Below are positions 24,881-38,200 of a DNA stretch of 64,000 nt, in pieces. Under the pieces are notes generated by a model. The model was given only the letters and a program-made list of their open reading frames with translations. It was not told the DNA's origin and ran no database searches. Both the position numbers and the translations under genes were made by a program. Position 1 is the first letter of the stretch, and every line of letters begins with the position of its first letter. The stretch is from the NCBI GenBank assembly GCA_024679065.1, contig JAGIQG010000005.1, positions 102,486,001-102,550,000 on the forward strand, given 5' to 3'. The stretch is from Sphyrna mokarran. Its lineage: Eukaryota.

Positions 24881-26329
24881 ACAGTAGGCAAGCCACCACC
24901 ACATACTGAGCATTTCTCAGTCCCATTCAAAAGTGTGTGAAAGGACAGTGTGACGGGACCCTGTGTGAAGGGTCAGTCGTTGTCATAGGTTGAGGTGATG
25001 ATACAAGGGATGAAAGGGCAAGCTAAGAATACAACATATCCACCCCTACATTTCCCCCCACCCCGAGTCTGGGTTCTCTGCCAGACTTTTCATGTGTCAT
25101 GACCGAAAGCTGGCTGAACTTTACTCAAGTCAGCAAAATACCTTGATGACTGCTCTATATAATTAGAAATAGTCAGAGAGACATGTCACAGTAAATACTT
25201 CCGTTCGTCATCGGGATTATTTGGAAATTGGGATTTGCCTTACAGCATATGAAAACTAGAGCATTTTTGTTTAGCCTGCCTCACAGAAATCTAACAGTTT
25301 ATCTTTAAGACAGTCCACATTTATCCCATGATTTTATTTTTAAAAATTTGATTTTAAATGAAAATGATAAACGCACAATTTGTTGGCAGTAATGAACTAA
25401 AAAGACAAAATACTAAACATTTCTCTGTGTTATTAATTTTATTTAATTTTAGGAACTTCAATGATACACAACATCCTGTTAATGCCATCATTCTATTTCT
25501 AACACAGGCCATGCAAATAGCAGTTATTTAACCGTTGGTACTTATTTGTTCAGGGCACTTTGGGTCAATTATAGATTTTCTTGCATTAAGTTATTGTGTA
25601 AAATATTGAATTATAACACAAAGAATTTTACTGCCTAACGGTCTTCAGGCAAATTAAAAGGCCATTTACTGATTGCTATATTTCTGTGAAAAAAGAATAC
25701 CTTTCTATCTCATCGTGAGGTCAAGTCCAGTAGTTTTCATCTTGTAATTACAGCTTTTCATCTCCAGGTGCCACTAGAGCAACTTTAATATTGATGCAAA
25801 GTTGAACTGTTTTTAACTTGTGAGGGACAAAGTTTTCTTTCTTGCTTGTTCTGTTTCCTAATTCATGGTGATAATTCATTTTCTGTTACGGTGTTGCTTT
25901 GGTTAAGTGTTTCATTATTTGCAGTTGTCTTTAAACTCTAAAACAACTGAATATCAGTCAGATATACCACTGCAGAGCATCAAATATCTCAGTTTCTGTT
26001 CATATTTGAAACCATGCTGTTAATGATTGGTAGAAAATTAAATATATAACATTTTGAACAATTAAATCTGAGGGGGCAGCACAATTCTTGCAACACCCCA
26101 CGTAACTTATCAGCACTGTTACTTGTTAACAAAACTAAGTTAAATTATTGCTTGTTACAATTGGATACCAACATAATTCTGATGATATCTTTGTAAAGAT
26201 ATGATAAATAAAAGATACAATGGTAGATATGCAATGATGAACAGATTTTTAAAAAAATCATAATTCACAATACATATACAACTTAAATCTTAAGGAATAG
26301 AAACTCAGGAAAGGTGGTCTAAAAGTGTT

Positions 26330-27620
26330 TCACAAGGAAAGTTTTGATATAATATTAGATTAAAGGAAAAGGCTTAAATATTGCCTAAGAATATTAACTC
26401 TGAGGACTGACCAGATTTTAGATTTCAGCAAAGGATAGCTTAAAAAAATTGAAGGAGACAGTGAGTAAAAAATTAGACTAAACTAGCAAAATATATAGAA
26501 ACAGATGGTAAACATGTGCAGAAGAGATTAATGGAAATAAACATGAGTTTAGTGGAAGTAAAAAGGCAAACAGGTGAGTTACAATGGAGAACAAGGGAAG
26601 GACAGCGACGTGGAACATATTCTTTGCATCTGTCTTCATGTTGGAAAACACAAGCGACATTTCAGACAAAGGTCTATTGAAATTGAGGAACTTAAAAAAA
26701 GATAGTAGTCAACAAATAGTACTGGAGGAATTAATGGGGCCGGAAGCTGACAAATCCTCAGAACTTGATGGTCTACTGTAGCGTTCTAAAGTGGTGGCTA
26801 CAAAAATAGCAGATGCATCGGTTTTGATCTCCCAGCACTCCCAGCTTTTAGAATGGTCTCTACGGATTGGAAGGTACCATATGTAACCCTGCTGTTCCAG
26901 AAAGGGCAGAAAAAAAAAACAGACTCGTGGGATTGTGGACAATATATTTGCACGCATCAAAGATTAGTTAACAGACAATAATAGGAACAAATAGGACAAT
27001 AGGAATAAACTGGACATTTTTTGGGTTGACAGTCTCTAACCAATGGCGTAGTGCAAGGATTAGTAATTGGGCCTTAGCTATTTATAATCTACATCAATGA
27101 CTTAAGGATCAGTAGATTGGCTGTTCACACGAAGGGATTCTGCAAGACGTCATTCAGAGGGCTGTTTAAGACCGAGATTATGAGAGTTTTCTACACTAAA
27201 AGGGTTGTAAATCTTTGGAATTCTCTACCCCTGAGGGCTGTGGATGTTCTGTAATCTTATGTTAAGCGTACCTTCAAACCCACACTTTTTTAACCCTTTG
27301 GGGAATAGTGGGAGAAGTGATGGAAGGTTTTCTAGGATAATTATCTGTCCATTGAACCTTCTATGGCCAACGGGTCCTGGCATTGGACTCGAACTTGAAA
27401 TGTCTGCTCCAGTGACAAGGACACCATCCCAGTTCCGCTAGGCTTCCTGTTCAGTCATCAGGTATATTCAAGACAGAGTCCAGCAGATTTTTTAGATGGT
27501 ATAGGAATTAAGGGGTATGGGAACAGTGTAGGAAGGTGGTAGTGAGGTAGAAGATCAACCATGATCTTATTGAACAAAAGTGCAGGTGTGAAGGACCAAG
27601 TGGCCTATGTTTGCTCTATC
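26330..27620 (+). mobile_element. Old fragmented CR1 LINE
   Basis: FFASVF...LMGPEADKSSELDGL (the KSPGPDG motif), GVVQGLVIGP*LFIIYINDL, and a CR1 tail at 27470-27620. Confidence 0.8.
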
Positions 27621-27739
27621 ATTTTAGGGTGCATTTGACCAACCGTATCTCAACTTTTTTTAAAAGTTGATGATAAAAACAGTTTGATATGTTTTGTTTT
27701 CTTTAAATTTCTGCAATCCTTTATGGATTGCATAATGAT

Positions 27740-28094
27740 GCAGCACAGAGTCATGGTGGTTAGCACTGCTGCCTCACAGCACCCCGGACCCAGGTTCAAT
27801 CCTGGCTTATGGTGACTGTTTGTGTGGAGTGTGCACATTCTCCTCATGTCTGCGTGGGTTTTGTCCAGTTTCTTTGGTTTCCTCCCACATCCAAAGATGT
27901 GCAGGTTGGGTGGATTGGCCATGCTAAATTGCCCTTTAGTGTCACAACATGTGTAGGTTAGATGGATTAGCCAGAGTAAATGTGTGTGGAATTATGGGAA
28001 TAAGAGGGGAGAGAGTCTGGGTAAGATATTCTGTCAGAGGCAGTACAGACTCATTGGGCCAAATGGCAGCCTCCTGCACTGTGGGGATTCTATG
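27740..28094 (+). mobile_element. Full-length V-SINE (HE1-like), CR1-type tail
   Basis: gcagcacag...ggttagcactgctgcctcacagc...ggttcaatcctggc, then a V-domain and gggccaaatggc...cctcctgcactgtggggattctatg. Confidence 0.92.
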
Positions 28095-28739
28095 CGAGTA
28101 AAATGAAATCATTTGGATATATTTCAGACTGTGCACAGTCATCATGGTAAATGATAGCATTTTTGTATGGCATACTGCCTCCATTATGTATAATTAACTA
28201 CAATATGGCATTGCCTTAGCTTCAATTTCAAATATACTTCTACACATGAAATTTCAGAATATAATGCTGTCCATTGGCTAAAGGCCGGTTGATGTTGCTG
28301 GGACAAATCACAAGTGGAATTAAGTAATAACTGTCAGTGTTTTAGTTCTATAAACTTTAAGACATCAGGCACAATCCAGGACGTGATCAGACAAAATTTA
28401 CCATCAATTGCAAGTCATCTTCTTTGTTTTGTGAACGTTCAGCATCTGATTCTTCATCAGGCACCTGTTTTAAAGTTAGAGACTGATTTCTGTTGAAGTT
28501 GCATCTGCCGCGTACTATAGTAGGACATGCTGAAACCTAACATGCCAAGAAATAGAGCTGCACCATGCATCAAGGTGTCTGTGCTGTTCAGTGTCACTTT
28601 GCCAGCAGATCGAGTCTAAAGGAGAAAGAAAATGCAAATCTACTTAATAGTTACTTTTATTGCGATAAAATTTAAAAACACTTAAATTAGAATTTAACAA
28701 AAACATTGTAGCACAATTACATTACAGACAAACAGTTTG

Positions 28740-28843
28740 CAAAAAAACAAAAATGCTGGAAAACCTTAACAAATCTGACAACATCTGTGGAGAGAGAATA
28801 GTGCCAACATTTTGAGTCTGGATGACCCTTTGTCAGAGCTGAA
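28740..28843. mobile_element. Penelope-derived repeat fragment (family B) with decayed hammerhead core
   Basis: The minus strand reads ctgacaa-a-gggtc-atcca-gactc-aaaa. Confidence 0.65.
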
Positions 28844-28919
28844 GGCAATGAAATAGAAATTTGTTCATGATGATAAACAAACAATAACTTTTACTCTTGC
28901 CTATACATCATTCCAAGTA

Positions 28920-29094
28920 AAGTGGATTAGGGCTCTGCCCATTGATAAGATGAAGATGAATCAGAATGCCAAGTTGTCTGCAGTCATTTAGATATAGGGA
29001 AAATGTGCTAACTCCACATAGACAGTGACTCAAATGGGGAATCAAATCCAGATCCCTGGAGTTGTGAGGCGCAGTTTCACACACTGTGTTGCCC
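28920..29094 (-). mobile_element. Degenerate V-SINE
   Basis: actccacatagacagtgactcaa...gatccctggagttgtgaggcgcagtttcacacactgtgttgccc. Confidence 0.7.
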
Positions 29095-29319
29095 AAATAT
29101 GCATGATATTTGAACAATAGAACAAGTGTTATTTTATTAAGCTTGTGTTGCATTTTTAGCACACCAATAATTAAAGTTGTTTAATTATTGTTACTCAACA
29201 CAGCTAAACTTTCAAATGAGAATTTCAAAATGTTAAAATACATTAATAGCAGAACTTCCACCCTTAAAACTAGTACAAATGCAGGAACAGCAATGAAATA
29301 TGAAGGTAAATGGCAGATT

Positions 29320-29920
29320 GCTCTTATTTCCAAGGGGATTGGACCTTAAAAGAGGCCATGGGGATTGGAGTACAAGAATAACATGTTATAATTTTATTAA
29401 GCTTTGGTGAGCTCATGTCTGCAATATACTCCATGCAGTTTGGTCTCCTTATTTAAGGAAGGCCATGTTTGCATTGAAAATGGTACAGTGCAAATCTAAT
29501 AGTTTGATGCCTGGGTTGAGAGGGTTGTCTTATGATGACATATTCAGTAATTTGGGCGTATACTCTTTGGTGTTTAAAAAAGGAAATGTGATCTCATTAA
29601 AACCTACAAAATTCTGATGGGTTGTGCGGGAGAATCTAGAAATCTGGAACATAGGGGCACAATCTCAGGATAAAGGGTTGTCAGGACATAGAGGAAGAAA
29701 ACTTTCTTTGAAATAGTCTACACCAGAAGGTTGCAGGTGCACACTGAGTATATTTAAGGTAGAGATAAACAGATTTTTGAATTCTTAGGGAATTAATGTA
29801 AACAGGGAGCCAGTGGGAAAGTGAAGTCGAGAGCAAAGATCAGTCATGATTGTATTGAATGATGGAGCAGATTTGAAGGGCCATATGACCTAGTCCTGCT
29901 CATATTTCTTATGTTCTTAA
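29320..29920 (+). mobile_element. Old CR1 RT C-terminus plus tail
   Basis: ggattggagtacaag...tttggtctccttatttaaggaagg...aggggcacaatctcaggataaaggg...atttcttatgttctta. Confidence 0.8.
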
Positions 29921-30607
29921 CTTCTTGTGCTATTTTTACTTATACATATTCATACGCAAACACTTATATGTAGGTAGATAGTGAGAGTGAGCTATCAATC
30001 AATGTCGATTGTAAAATTAACCACAGTGTTTTGTCACAATTTCTGATTCTTCACTGTTGATTTAATAACGTAAAAATACAAAGCAAATCTAGTGTACCCA
30101 TCACAATATCTACTGCTGGCAATTGACAGCATTCAAAATTGAACAAAACCAATCCTACACACATATCATAGAAATTTTTGTAGCATAATATTAGATCTGT
30201 AGTGGAATTTGTAAAGTAATTATGTAGAAATGCATTTTCAATGTTTCTACAAATAGCACACAGTAAATTTGATTTTCTCAACAACATGGGCCATTCCTCA
30301 TGCAAGTCTCTTATAGTAACTATTTCACTAAAATCACATGAATGATTTATGCCTTTGCAAATGTTTTTGTTTGAAAAACCAACTTCTAAACAAGTAATCA
30401 CTGAAATCACAAGACATGATTGACTATTAATTCACCATGGTGAATGAAGATGTAACAGAACTATTTTTAAAAGCAGCTGCGTAGACAACAGAAACTGAGC
30501 TCTAGGCTGCAGTACTACCTGCTGTTGATGAATGTTGATTGGCTTTATAAGTCAAAAATTACTGCTAGATGAAATGCCACAGGTTTACCGGATTACAGGC
30601 TTTGCGT

Positions 30608-30760
30608 TTTCGGTGTGTTATGTGTATTAGATGCATGTTCTTATGTATGTGGTGTGTGTTCAGTGTATATATTAGTGTGCGTGCATATCAGGTGTATGCA
30701 TGTGTTATTACTGTGTGTGCCATGCAGGATTACATTCATTCCCACATATATGTATGTTGT
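30608..30760. repeat. Degenerate TG/TA-rich simple repeat
   Basis: gtgtgttatgtgtattagatgcatgttcttatgtatgtggtgtgtg... Confidence 0.6.
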
Positions 30761-30975
30761 GATTCTAATAGAGCATCCATTCACCAGCCAAAGAGGCAAC
30801 AAATTTTTATCCTTCCAATCTTGCATTCAAATCTGGTTGTTATCAAAGTCATTTTGCCTCTGCTGGTCAGTTGTTTGCACTGTAACTAGTGCTTTGGGAT
30901 GATCTATATTTTTCTTCTGCATTGTAGGAATTTTATACTGATGAAATTCAATGATTATAATTGAGGGAGCCTTAT

Positions 30976-31296
30976 ACAACAAAGAACAAAGAGCAACACA
31001 GCATGGGAAACAGGCCCTTCGGCCCAACGAGCCCGCGCCACCGTCCTAACGTCGTAATGACATATCCATGACTTTAGGCTATGCCTATTGTGGAAGATTC
31101 CCATATAGGGACCAATATAGGGACAATTTGTTACTCAATCAGCCTAAGAGCACATTTTTGGGATGTGGGAGGAAACCGGAGCACCCGGAGAAAACCTGCG
31201 CAACCACGGGGAGAACGCGCAAACTCCCGCAGACACAGGCCCAAATCCATGTGTCTGCACAGCAACAGCGATAGTCTCTGAGCTGTCATGTTGCCC
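30976..31296 (-). mobile_element. V-SINE, divergent CpG-rich subfamily with (TTCTTTG)-type CR1 tail
   Basis: acaaagaacaaagagcaacacagc...caggcccttcggccc, and an intact V-domain tgtgggaggaaaccggagcacccggagaaaacc. Confidence 0.85.
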
Positions 31297-32469
31297 ATCA
31301 GATGGTCCAGTTTAAGCATACACTAACGACTTGAAGCACTAGGTCACTCCTGAAGCAACATCCAAGAGCAGCCCTCGCATGACCTGTCAAATGCATGCAC
31401 CTTGTTGGTCAACCTATCCATTCATTTCATAAGTACTGCAGCTTACATTCCAGAGCTTTATAAACATAAAGTTATGATTTCATCATTTCTTTGGGGCAAC
31501 TATAGCCACAAATGTTGTGGCAGATTGGTCCTGCTGACTTCAGAGAGCACACACACCAGGATACCACTGGAGAAGTCTTCCCACAGAATATTACATATTT
31601 CAAAAAATTTAGCAAGTATCCTAAAATTAAAGCAATCTGCACTTTTGTGAAACTGTGCTTGATAAAAAGGTTGTTGTTTATTTGCAAACATATCCTGCAA
31701 TTGTGTCAGAAGGGTCGGAATGTGGAGCAAGGTCATGGCAGTGTGAAATGCACTCAACCCACTCATTTGATCAGCTGCTACTTAAGTCACTTGCTTGCCT
31801 TGAGCCTGCTCCACAGGAAATTAATGATCATCCAGACTTAAATTATTCTCTGTTAGACCTTTGTGACTATCTAGGTTGAAACAAAATTCCAGTCTAACTT
31901 TGTAGCAGAACAAATGACAGATAATCAATTTGTTGATTTAATAAAACAACTTTAGATTAAAAGCTTTATGTGAATCCAAAGGACAGCCCTACTAGAATGC
32001 CAAATCAAATATTTCAAATCTCCACAGGGCTTTACTAATTCTGAGTTGAAACACAGTACTATTAAAAACTCTAATGTTATTTATTTACAAAGAAGAACTC
32101 AAAGAAATTTGAATGGTGAGACTAAACTGATGCCTCAACTGAAACCCAGTGTGGGCTATGTCTAGGTATGAGTATTACTAAAATTCAATAGTGAGGGGAT
32201 ATTATGCCCACTAAAAATTTATAGTTGAATTACACTTTGCTAAAACAAGAACATTCTTACATGGGATCTTCTTTAATTCTCACAGTCATTTCTGTTGAAT
32301 TATATGTGGTTGGCTGTTTTTCACAAAGGATTCAAGAATTTCAGCATTCACTTCCAAATTTTTTTGTCAAAGATTAGCTACAATACTGATCTAGGTCCCA
32401 CAGAAGTGACATGAAAACACAGACCTGCTGGATTTTTCAGCACAGCAAAATCCAAAAGCAATGGATTTA

Positions 32470-33230
32470 AGGACACGTGCTGTCTGAGCCTGCTCCGCCA
32501 GTTATAAGATCATATCTTAACTTCCAACTCAATTCCACCTGCTGCATTATTCCTCACAGCTCTTGATTCCCTCAGTATCGAAAGTTTTATTAATCTCAAT
32601 TTCGAACATGCTCAATAATCAACTAACTACAACTGTCTGGAGTAGAGAACTCAAATCCTGCACACACGTCATAGAAATTTTGCTGGAAAAATTTCTCATC
32701 TGTTTTATATGGCTAATACCATACTTTGAGATTGTAACACCAAGTTTTAGAGTATAAGAACATACTGCAGATGCTGTTAATCAGAAATAAAAAAAATGCT
32801 GGAAAAACCCAGCAGGTCTGGCCGCATCTTCAGACAGAAGAATAATCAATTTGGCTCAAAACATTAACCAATGTTTTGGTTAATGTTTCTCTCCACAGAT
32901 GTCACCACATCTGCTGAGTTTTTCTAGCACTTTGTGTTTTTATTCCTTGGTCTGGGCTCCCTAGCCAGAGAAACATAGTCCTAACAACAATCCTGTCAAG
33001 CCCCTTATGATTTTTATACATTTTCAGTAAGATTATCTGCCTTTGGGAACACAAGCCTAATCTACTCACTCTTTCCTCGTACTACAATTCTCTCATCCCA
33101 GAAACCAGTCGAGCAAAATATTGTTGCACGTCCTGTAAGGCAGGTACATTATTCCTAAAGGACGGAAACCAATACTTCACACAGTAATCTAAGTATTTCC
33201 TTACCAAGGCCCTAAGTAATTGGATTAAAA
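32470..33230 (-). mobile_element. Old CR1 3' region interrupted by a Penelope-derived element
   Basis: RALVRKYLDYCVKYWFPSFRNNVPALQDVQQYFARLVSGMREL (RT C-terminus), with the tail at about 32470-32640. Confidence 0.75.
32758..32944. mobile_element. Penelope-derived fold-back element (family B), older
   Basis: Imperfect inverted arms aatgctggaaaaacccagcaggtctggccgcatct / agatgtcaccacatctgctgagtttttctagcact. Confidence 0.7.
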
Positions 33231-35369
33231 CTTGTTGGTGAAAAGATTTGTTCGTTAGCATTGAATAGACAAGATGATTCCCCAAGGTCAGGCAGTACCA
33301 TGTGGCATTCTTGAGTAATGAAAAAAGTCAAATGCGCCATCTGAGTGGCAGGCTATGCAGATAGCATCTCATAATACTGTCTGCCTCCAGGGAATCAACA
33401 TGAGTTTATGCAAATAAATTTTACCCCCTTTTACTCTCATATTCTAATCGTTCTGTAGTAAAGATCATACACCATTTGCTTGTCTAATTATCTGCTGGGT
33501 CTGAATGTTACAAAATAGGCAGTTCAATTTCTGCAACACAGCATATTATCCACACTGGGAAAGGGGGAGCAACTAACCTTGGAAAACACTAATTAGTTGG
33601 ACTTTGTGACTGGACAGAAATCTTCTTGTGGGTCCCTGAGTTCCCTCTGATTACAGAATTCTACATTATAAGAAAACTATGGTTCTTACTGATTTTGCCA
33701 AGGTACCAATGATTCTGTTCAAACAATAGAATTAGCTAAACTATACTGTCTGTTGTTTTCAGCTACGCAGTTAGACTAAGGATGGCAATTAGAATTCTTT
33801 CTTCTAATGAAATGGTGTAGACCAGAATCAAAACAACACAGGTAGAGAAATGTTTTGAGCAGAGAGCTGGGAATTCCTCAATATAGAGCGAGGATATTTA
33901 CATTTAGTTTGAATCTTCCCAGAGGGATTAGTCTGAAGATACTTAGATGACTGACATTCAGGTTGCTCAGCAGTAACTTCCTGGGTGATGCTAGCGATTT
34001 GACCTGAGGGATTGCCTGAAGCGCATCTTATGCTATTGCACCAATAGCTAGATGTAATCTACTCCTGGGTTACATAGAATTGGATGATATTTGATATCAC
34101 TGTACCAATCAGTAGCAACATTCTTTAAGCATTGATCAGCAAGGGACATTAAAGGCTTTCCAATATTGCCTGTGAAGTCGTCGAGTCCTCCATACTTTAG
34201 GTGCTAATTTGTGACCAACGCTGTGAATGAAATTTTGTGTTTCATCGTGCTTGTTTAGCTTATTCTGGGCATATAAGTAATGATGCACCTGTTCTTTACG
34301 GATGTGTTTTATAAGCCCAAGTCAAACTTGGTATATTGCTTGATCATGTTTGGATGCTAAGATGATCCTGAATTAACTATTCACAGTATTCAAAGTCTTT
34401 AGGACATGATTTTTCAAAAATACTCACCCAACTAAACAGGCATTTTGCTTTTCATTCCACAATGTATTACAAAAGCACATTATGTGTTCACAGTCCAACT
34501 GGAAAATTCCACTTTGCGCCAGAGCCTCACGTGCACCACTACCTTTGTTTATCTGCTTCTGCCTGCTCTATTTGTTTTACACTTAGTCACTGAATGGAGT
34601 ATATGACTGGTCACTAGCCATCAGGTGACCTAAGAAAACCCTGGAAAGGGTAGTTAGTATTATATTTGTTCAGTGTTAATGCCTTAAACACTTGTGAAAC
34701 ACAACAAAGGGAATAAAAAAAACACACACAGATGGACAAGATTAAATAACACATTTGTCTAATCTAACTTGTGTTATAGAGAGGTGGTAGGTTTTGTTCA
34801 AATCATGGTGTGAAAGGTCTAACATGAAGAGCAAAGAGCTTTCAGCAACAGAAAATTGGAATGGTGAAACTGCACAAGTCCTGGGGCTTTACACAAAACA
34901 GGAACTGCAGACTCATGAAAAGTTCTGACTTATTCAGCATATAATTTTCACAGAGTCTGTTCGGCATGACTATACTCCTGGGATGTACAGAAGGTGAGTT
35001 TTGCAGATCTATAAAAGACACCATAAATCAGTCTAAATTTAAAAGACAATTCCAAATGTTCACAGCTTTGTTATTTACATAATCAATCCAGGATGAATAA
35101 ATCATTGTTCTATATGCAATAAGATATTTTTGATTATTCATAGCATGGGGATTTTGTGGTGATATAAACAGGTCTATGATATGATACTTAACAATATTTA
35201 TGTTTAATATCCCAAATACTAAAAGCATTTCTAATTAGATCTATGTAGATGAAGAATTCTTACAAAATGAAAACTTAATAGAACTAGTATTTTAGAACAA
35301 GAGGATAAAGAGCAATATTTATTTATTGCCTGAATTATTTAGGCAATGTCTGCTTGTGCCTATGCATTA

Positions 35370-35600
35370 GATGGTTGTTAAAGATCCCAGAGCATCTGAA
35401 AGGCAGAGTGTTCTCCCAAGATTTTGTTCTTCCAGTCTTCCTCCTTCAACCAGTACCAAAAAAAGACTAATTGATTTAGTATAGCACAGATTAACATTCT
35501 ATGATTACTGTTTGTGGAATCTTGCTGTCCACAGCATTGCTATAGAATTTGCACTATAAAATAATTTGTTGCATATGAAGCATTTCTGACATTCACAAAC
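35370..35600 (+). mobile_element. Ancient Deu-domain SINE relic
   Basis: taaagatcccagagcatc...gagtgttctccc...attactgtttgtggaatcttgctgt. Confidence 0.55.
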
Positions 35601-36923
35601 AATGAAAAATATATGAAAAGAACAAAATGAGTTCATTTTTGTTCACTTCTACTGAACAGTCCACAGGCAACACAATTTGCATCAGTTATCAAAATTAAAA
35701 TATGGGATTCAAAAATACTAGTGTTTCAATTACTAGTTACAGTTGAACTAAGGCAAATACTAGAGTTACTGTTTGAAATGAATATTAATTTTCAATCCAG
35801 GCAAATAATCCCATCACGTTAGTTTATCATTTTTTATTTTGAGAGCTAACTGACATGATGTATGTTTTTAGGATTTTCAATTCCTAGTTCAGATTTCCAC
35901 CAAGTACCCTTTTTCTTTTATCTTTAATTTACCACTGGCTGTGAGCTATTAAACCTGACTATTTTCTTTTCAAACATTAAACTCTCATCCATCTTTCTGA
36001 TTCAAAGAACACCTGAACAGCTGCTGCAAAGAATAATTACATATTGAGAATGACTGTGTGTTAAACTAAGCAGCTCAACAGAAGGAACAACATACGTTCA
36101 GAATTTTATTATGGTATTGCTATCCTGAGTCCTGCCTGCTATCAAGTCAAATAGTGATTTTGGAAGTACTATTATGCTACATAAAATACGACCCTACTTA
36201 TTCTAAAATTCTAATTATAATATATTTCATCTTTATATCTTGGTTCCCACCATAATAGTCTTCATTTTTGTTTACAAATTGCTCAGCACCGTTCACAGCA
36301 TATGGATGTAATACAAGCTATTATCCCAGTAACCACAAGTTGTGTGATTTCTTTTTCAACATTGAAAATTGGAGTGCTTTTAAGTGGAGATATTACTCAA
36401 AATGACAGAAATTCCTAAAAAGTTTCAGTAGTGAATTATATGCAATGTTCTATTAAGAATCCACTATTAGGGGATTCTTAAATGCACTCTGCCATTCCTC
36501 ATGTAGAGTATCAAGAATGGCCTGAATGCAGCAAGACATTTCTTTTGGCTTTATGGTGGATTTGTAACACTTCTGTCACTTTAGTAAATGGATCTCAAAA
36601 AGATGGCTTAATGTCACACTTAAGAGCTCACAGCTCAAAATTAGATCATTTTACTGCCTTTTCTTAGGGAGGAGATATGAGGGGGAAAGAGATAACTTTC
36701 CAAAGTGCTCAGTTAAAATGGTCACGCAAAATATTTCTCAAACTACTATATCTCCTAAAAACTATTAAAATGCATTTTACTGCTGTATAAATTGGCTATG
36801 GGTGCATTTGTATGGCAAAAGTACTGAAATCACAAACTAGAAGTACATTTACAAAACTAGATCATAATTACTTGAACTTCACACAAGTTCTTCACAGTAA
36901 AAATATCCAGTTCTAATGCTCAC

Positions 36924-37001
36924 CTGCAACAGTCTGATGTATCCAGGTATTGCTGTTCGCAGTGGAATAAACATTTTCGATCAAGTACTTCTTTTTTGAT
37001 T
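36924..37001 (-). other. Candidate 78-bp internal exon of unknown transcript
   Basis: Acceptor tttctctacag|, donor cag|gtgagc, length divisible by 3, two open frames. Confidence 0.3.
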
Positions 37002-38059
37002 CTGTAGAGAAATTGGAGATTATAAGTGAATTTAGTTTGAGTTTGATTGACACTGCAGCATATTACACTGCTCTTACTGCATGGCCTTTGTGAGCTCCTT
37101 ATATACAAGCTTCAAATAAAAATAAACTGGAGAAGTTGCATGAACTGTCACGTGTTACCAATCTGAGTGCTTATATGTTGGCAGAAGGCCTTGAGCTAGA
37201 AGGCTAAGACTGTCTGCAATGTATTTACAGAGCTAGACTCAGCTTTATCAGATTTTACACAATGCTGATGGACAGATTAAAACATAGGACAAAGTGGCCT
37301 AGATTGTGCTGCTAGCTTTGCTGGCAGGACCTCAAAATTCATCCAACAGCCTCATGCATTCATTACTGGCAAGCTACTGGCATAGTTTCAGATGGGGAGG
37401 GGGCCAGTTGGGGTGGGCTTTCAAAGGGATCTGGGATTTGAAATGCACTTAGTAAGGAGTGGGACACTTGCCGCAGGGATTAGTTACTGGTAGTGGCTGT
37501 GGATTTATTGTGGAGATATAAGGAGCATTCTTGTTACTCCTGGCTATACAGTTGTTATAATTCTGGATGTGATGGCCCTGCCTGGATTGGCTCCATGTCT
37601 AACTTCAACCACCTTGATTGGTTGTAACAAGGTTAATTTACAAAGGATCTCTTTCCTCATGGATACCTGTTTCCAGTCCAAGTATATTTTGGAGATCCTC
37701 TCCCTCCTGTGCAGATTTCTCCCTGGACCAGTATATTTCATGCCCACCCCTGGTCGATCCCTCCCAATGCAGTCTACCCCCTCCAAACATCACAAATGCG
37801 CCACTTTTCCCCTTCCTGATCACCCTTCTGCATCATGGACATCACAAGCCAATCACCCATCAATGGAGTTCCCACCTTCTCCGATCATCCCCGTCTGCAG
37901 AGTTCCCATCTTCCTGATCACCTCTGAGTGCCTTTCCCTCCCGGTTGCCCAGAACTGCGAGTTCTCTTCCCTTCAAGTCACCCCCATCTGCACAGTGCCC
38001 TCTCTTTCTGATCACCAACCCTGCAGATTCTCGTATTTGAGGAAATAATATCTGTGTGA

Positions 38060-38200
38060 CAACAAAAATGAGAGACAGGAGTAGGCCATTCAGCTCTTTG
38101 AACCTGCTCCGCCATTCATTATGAACATGGCTAATCATTGAAGTCAATATCCTGATCTCCCTTTCCACCCACAACCCTTGATTCCTTTATTCCCAAGATT
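38060..38200 (-). mobile_element. CR1 3' tail fragment
   Basis: acaggagtaggccattcagctctttgaacctgctccgccattcattatgaacatggct. Confidence 0.7.

Noticed and set aside
27740-27815. tRNA-like A/B boxes
   Set aside because: SINE head followed by a V-domain. No complete cloverleaf, so not a tRNA gene.
30569-30902. Cys/Val-rich ORFs
   Set aside because: Translation of a degenerate TG repeat.
37569-38048. 159-aa Pro/Ser-rich ORF
   Set aside because: Lies in a C-rich low-complexity arm of an old MITE-like repeat, with overlapping ORFs in several frames and no domain.
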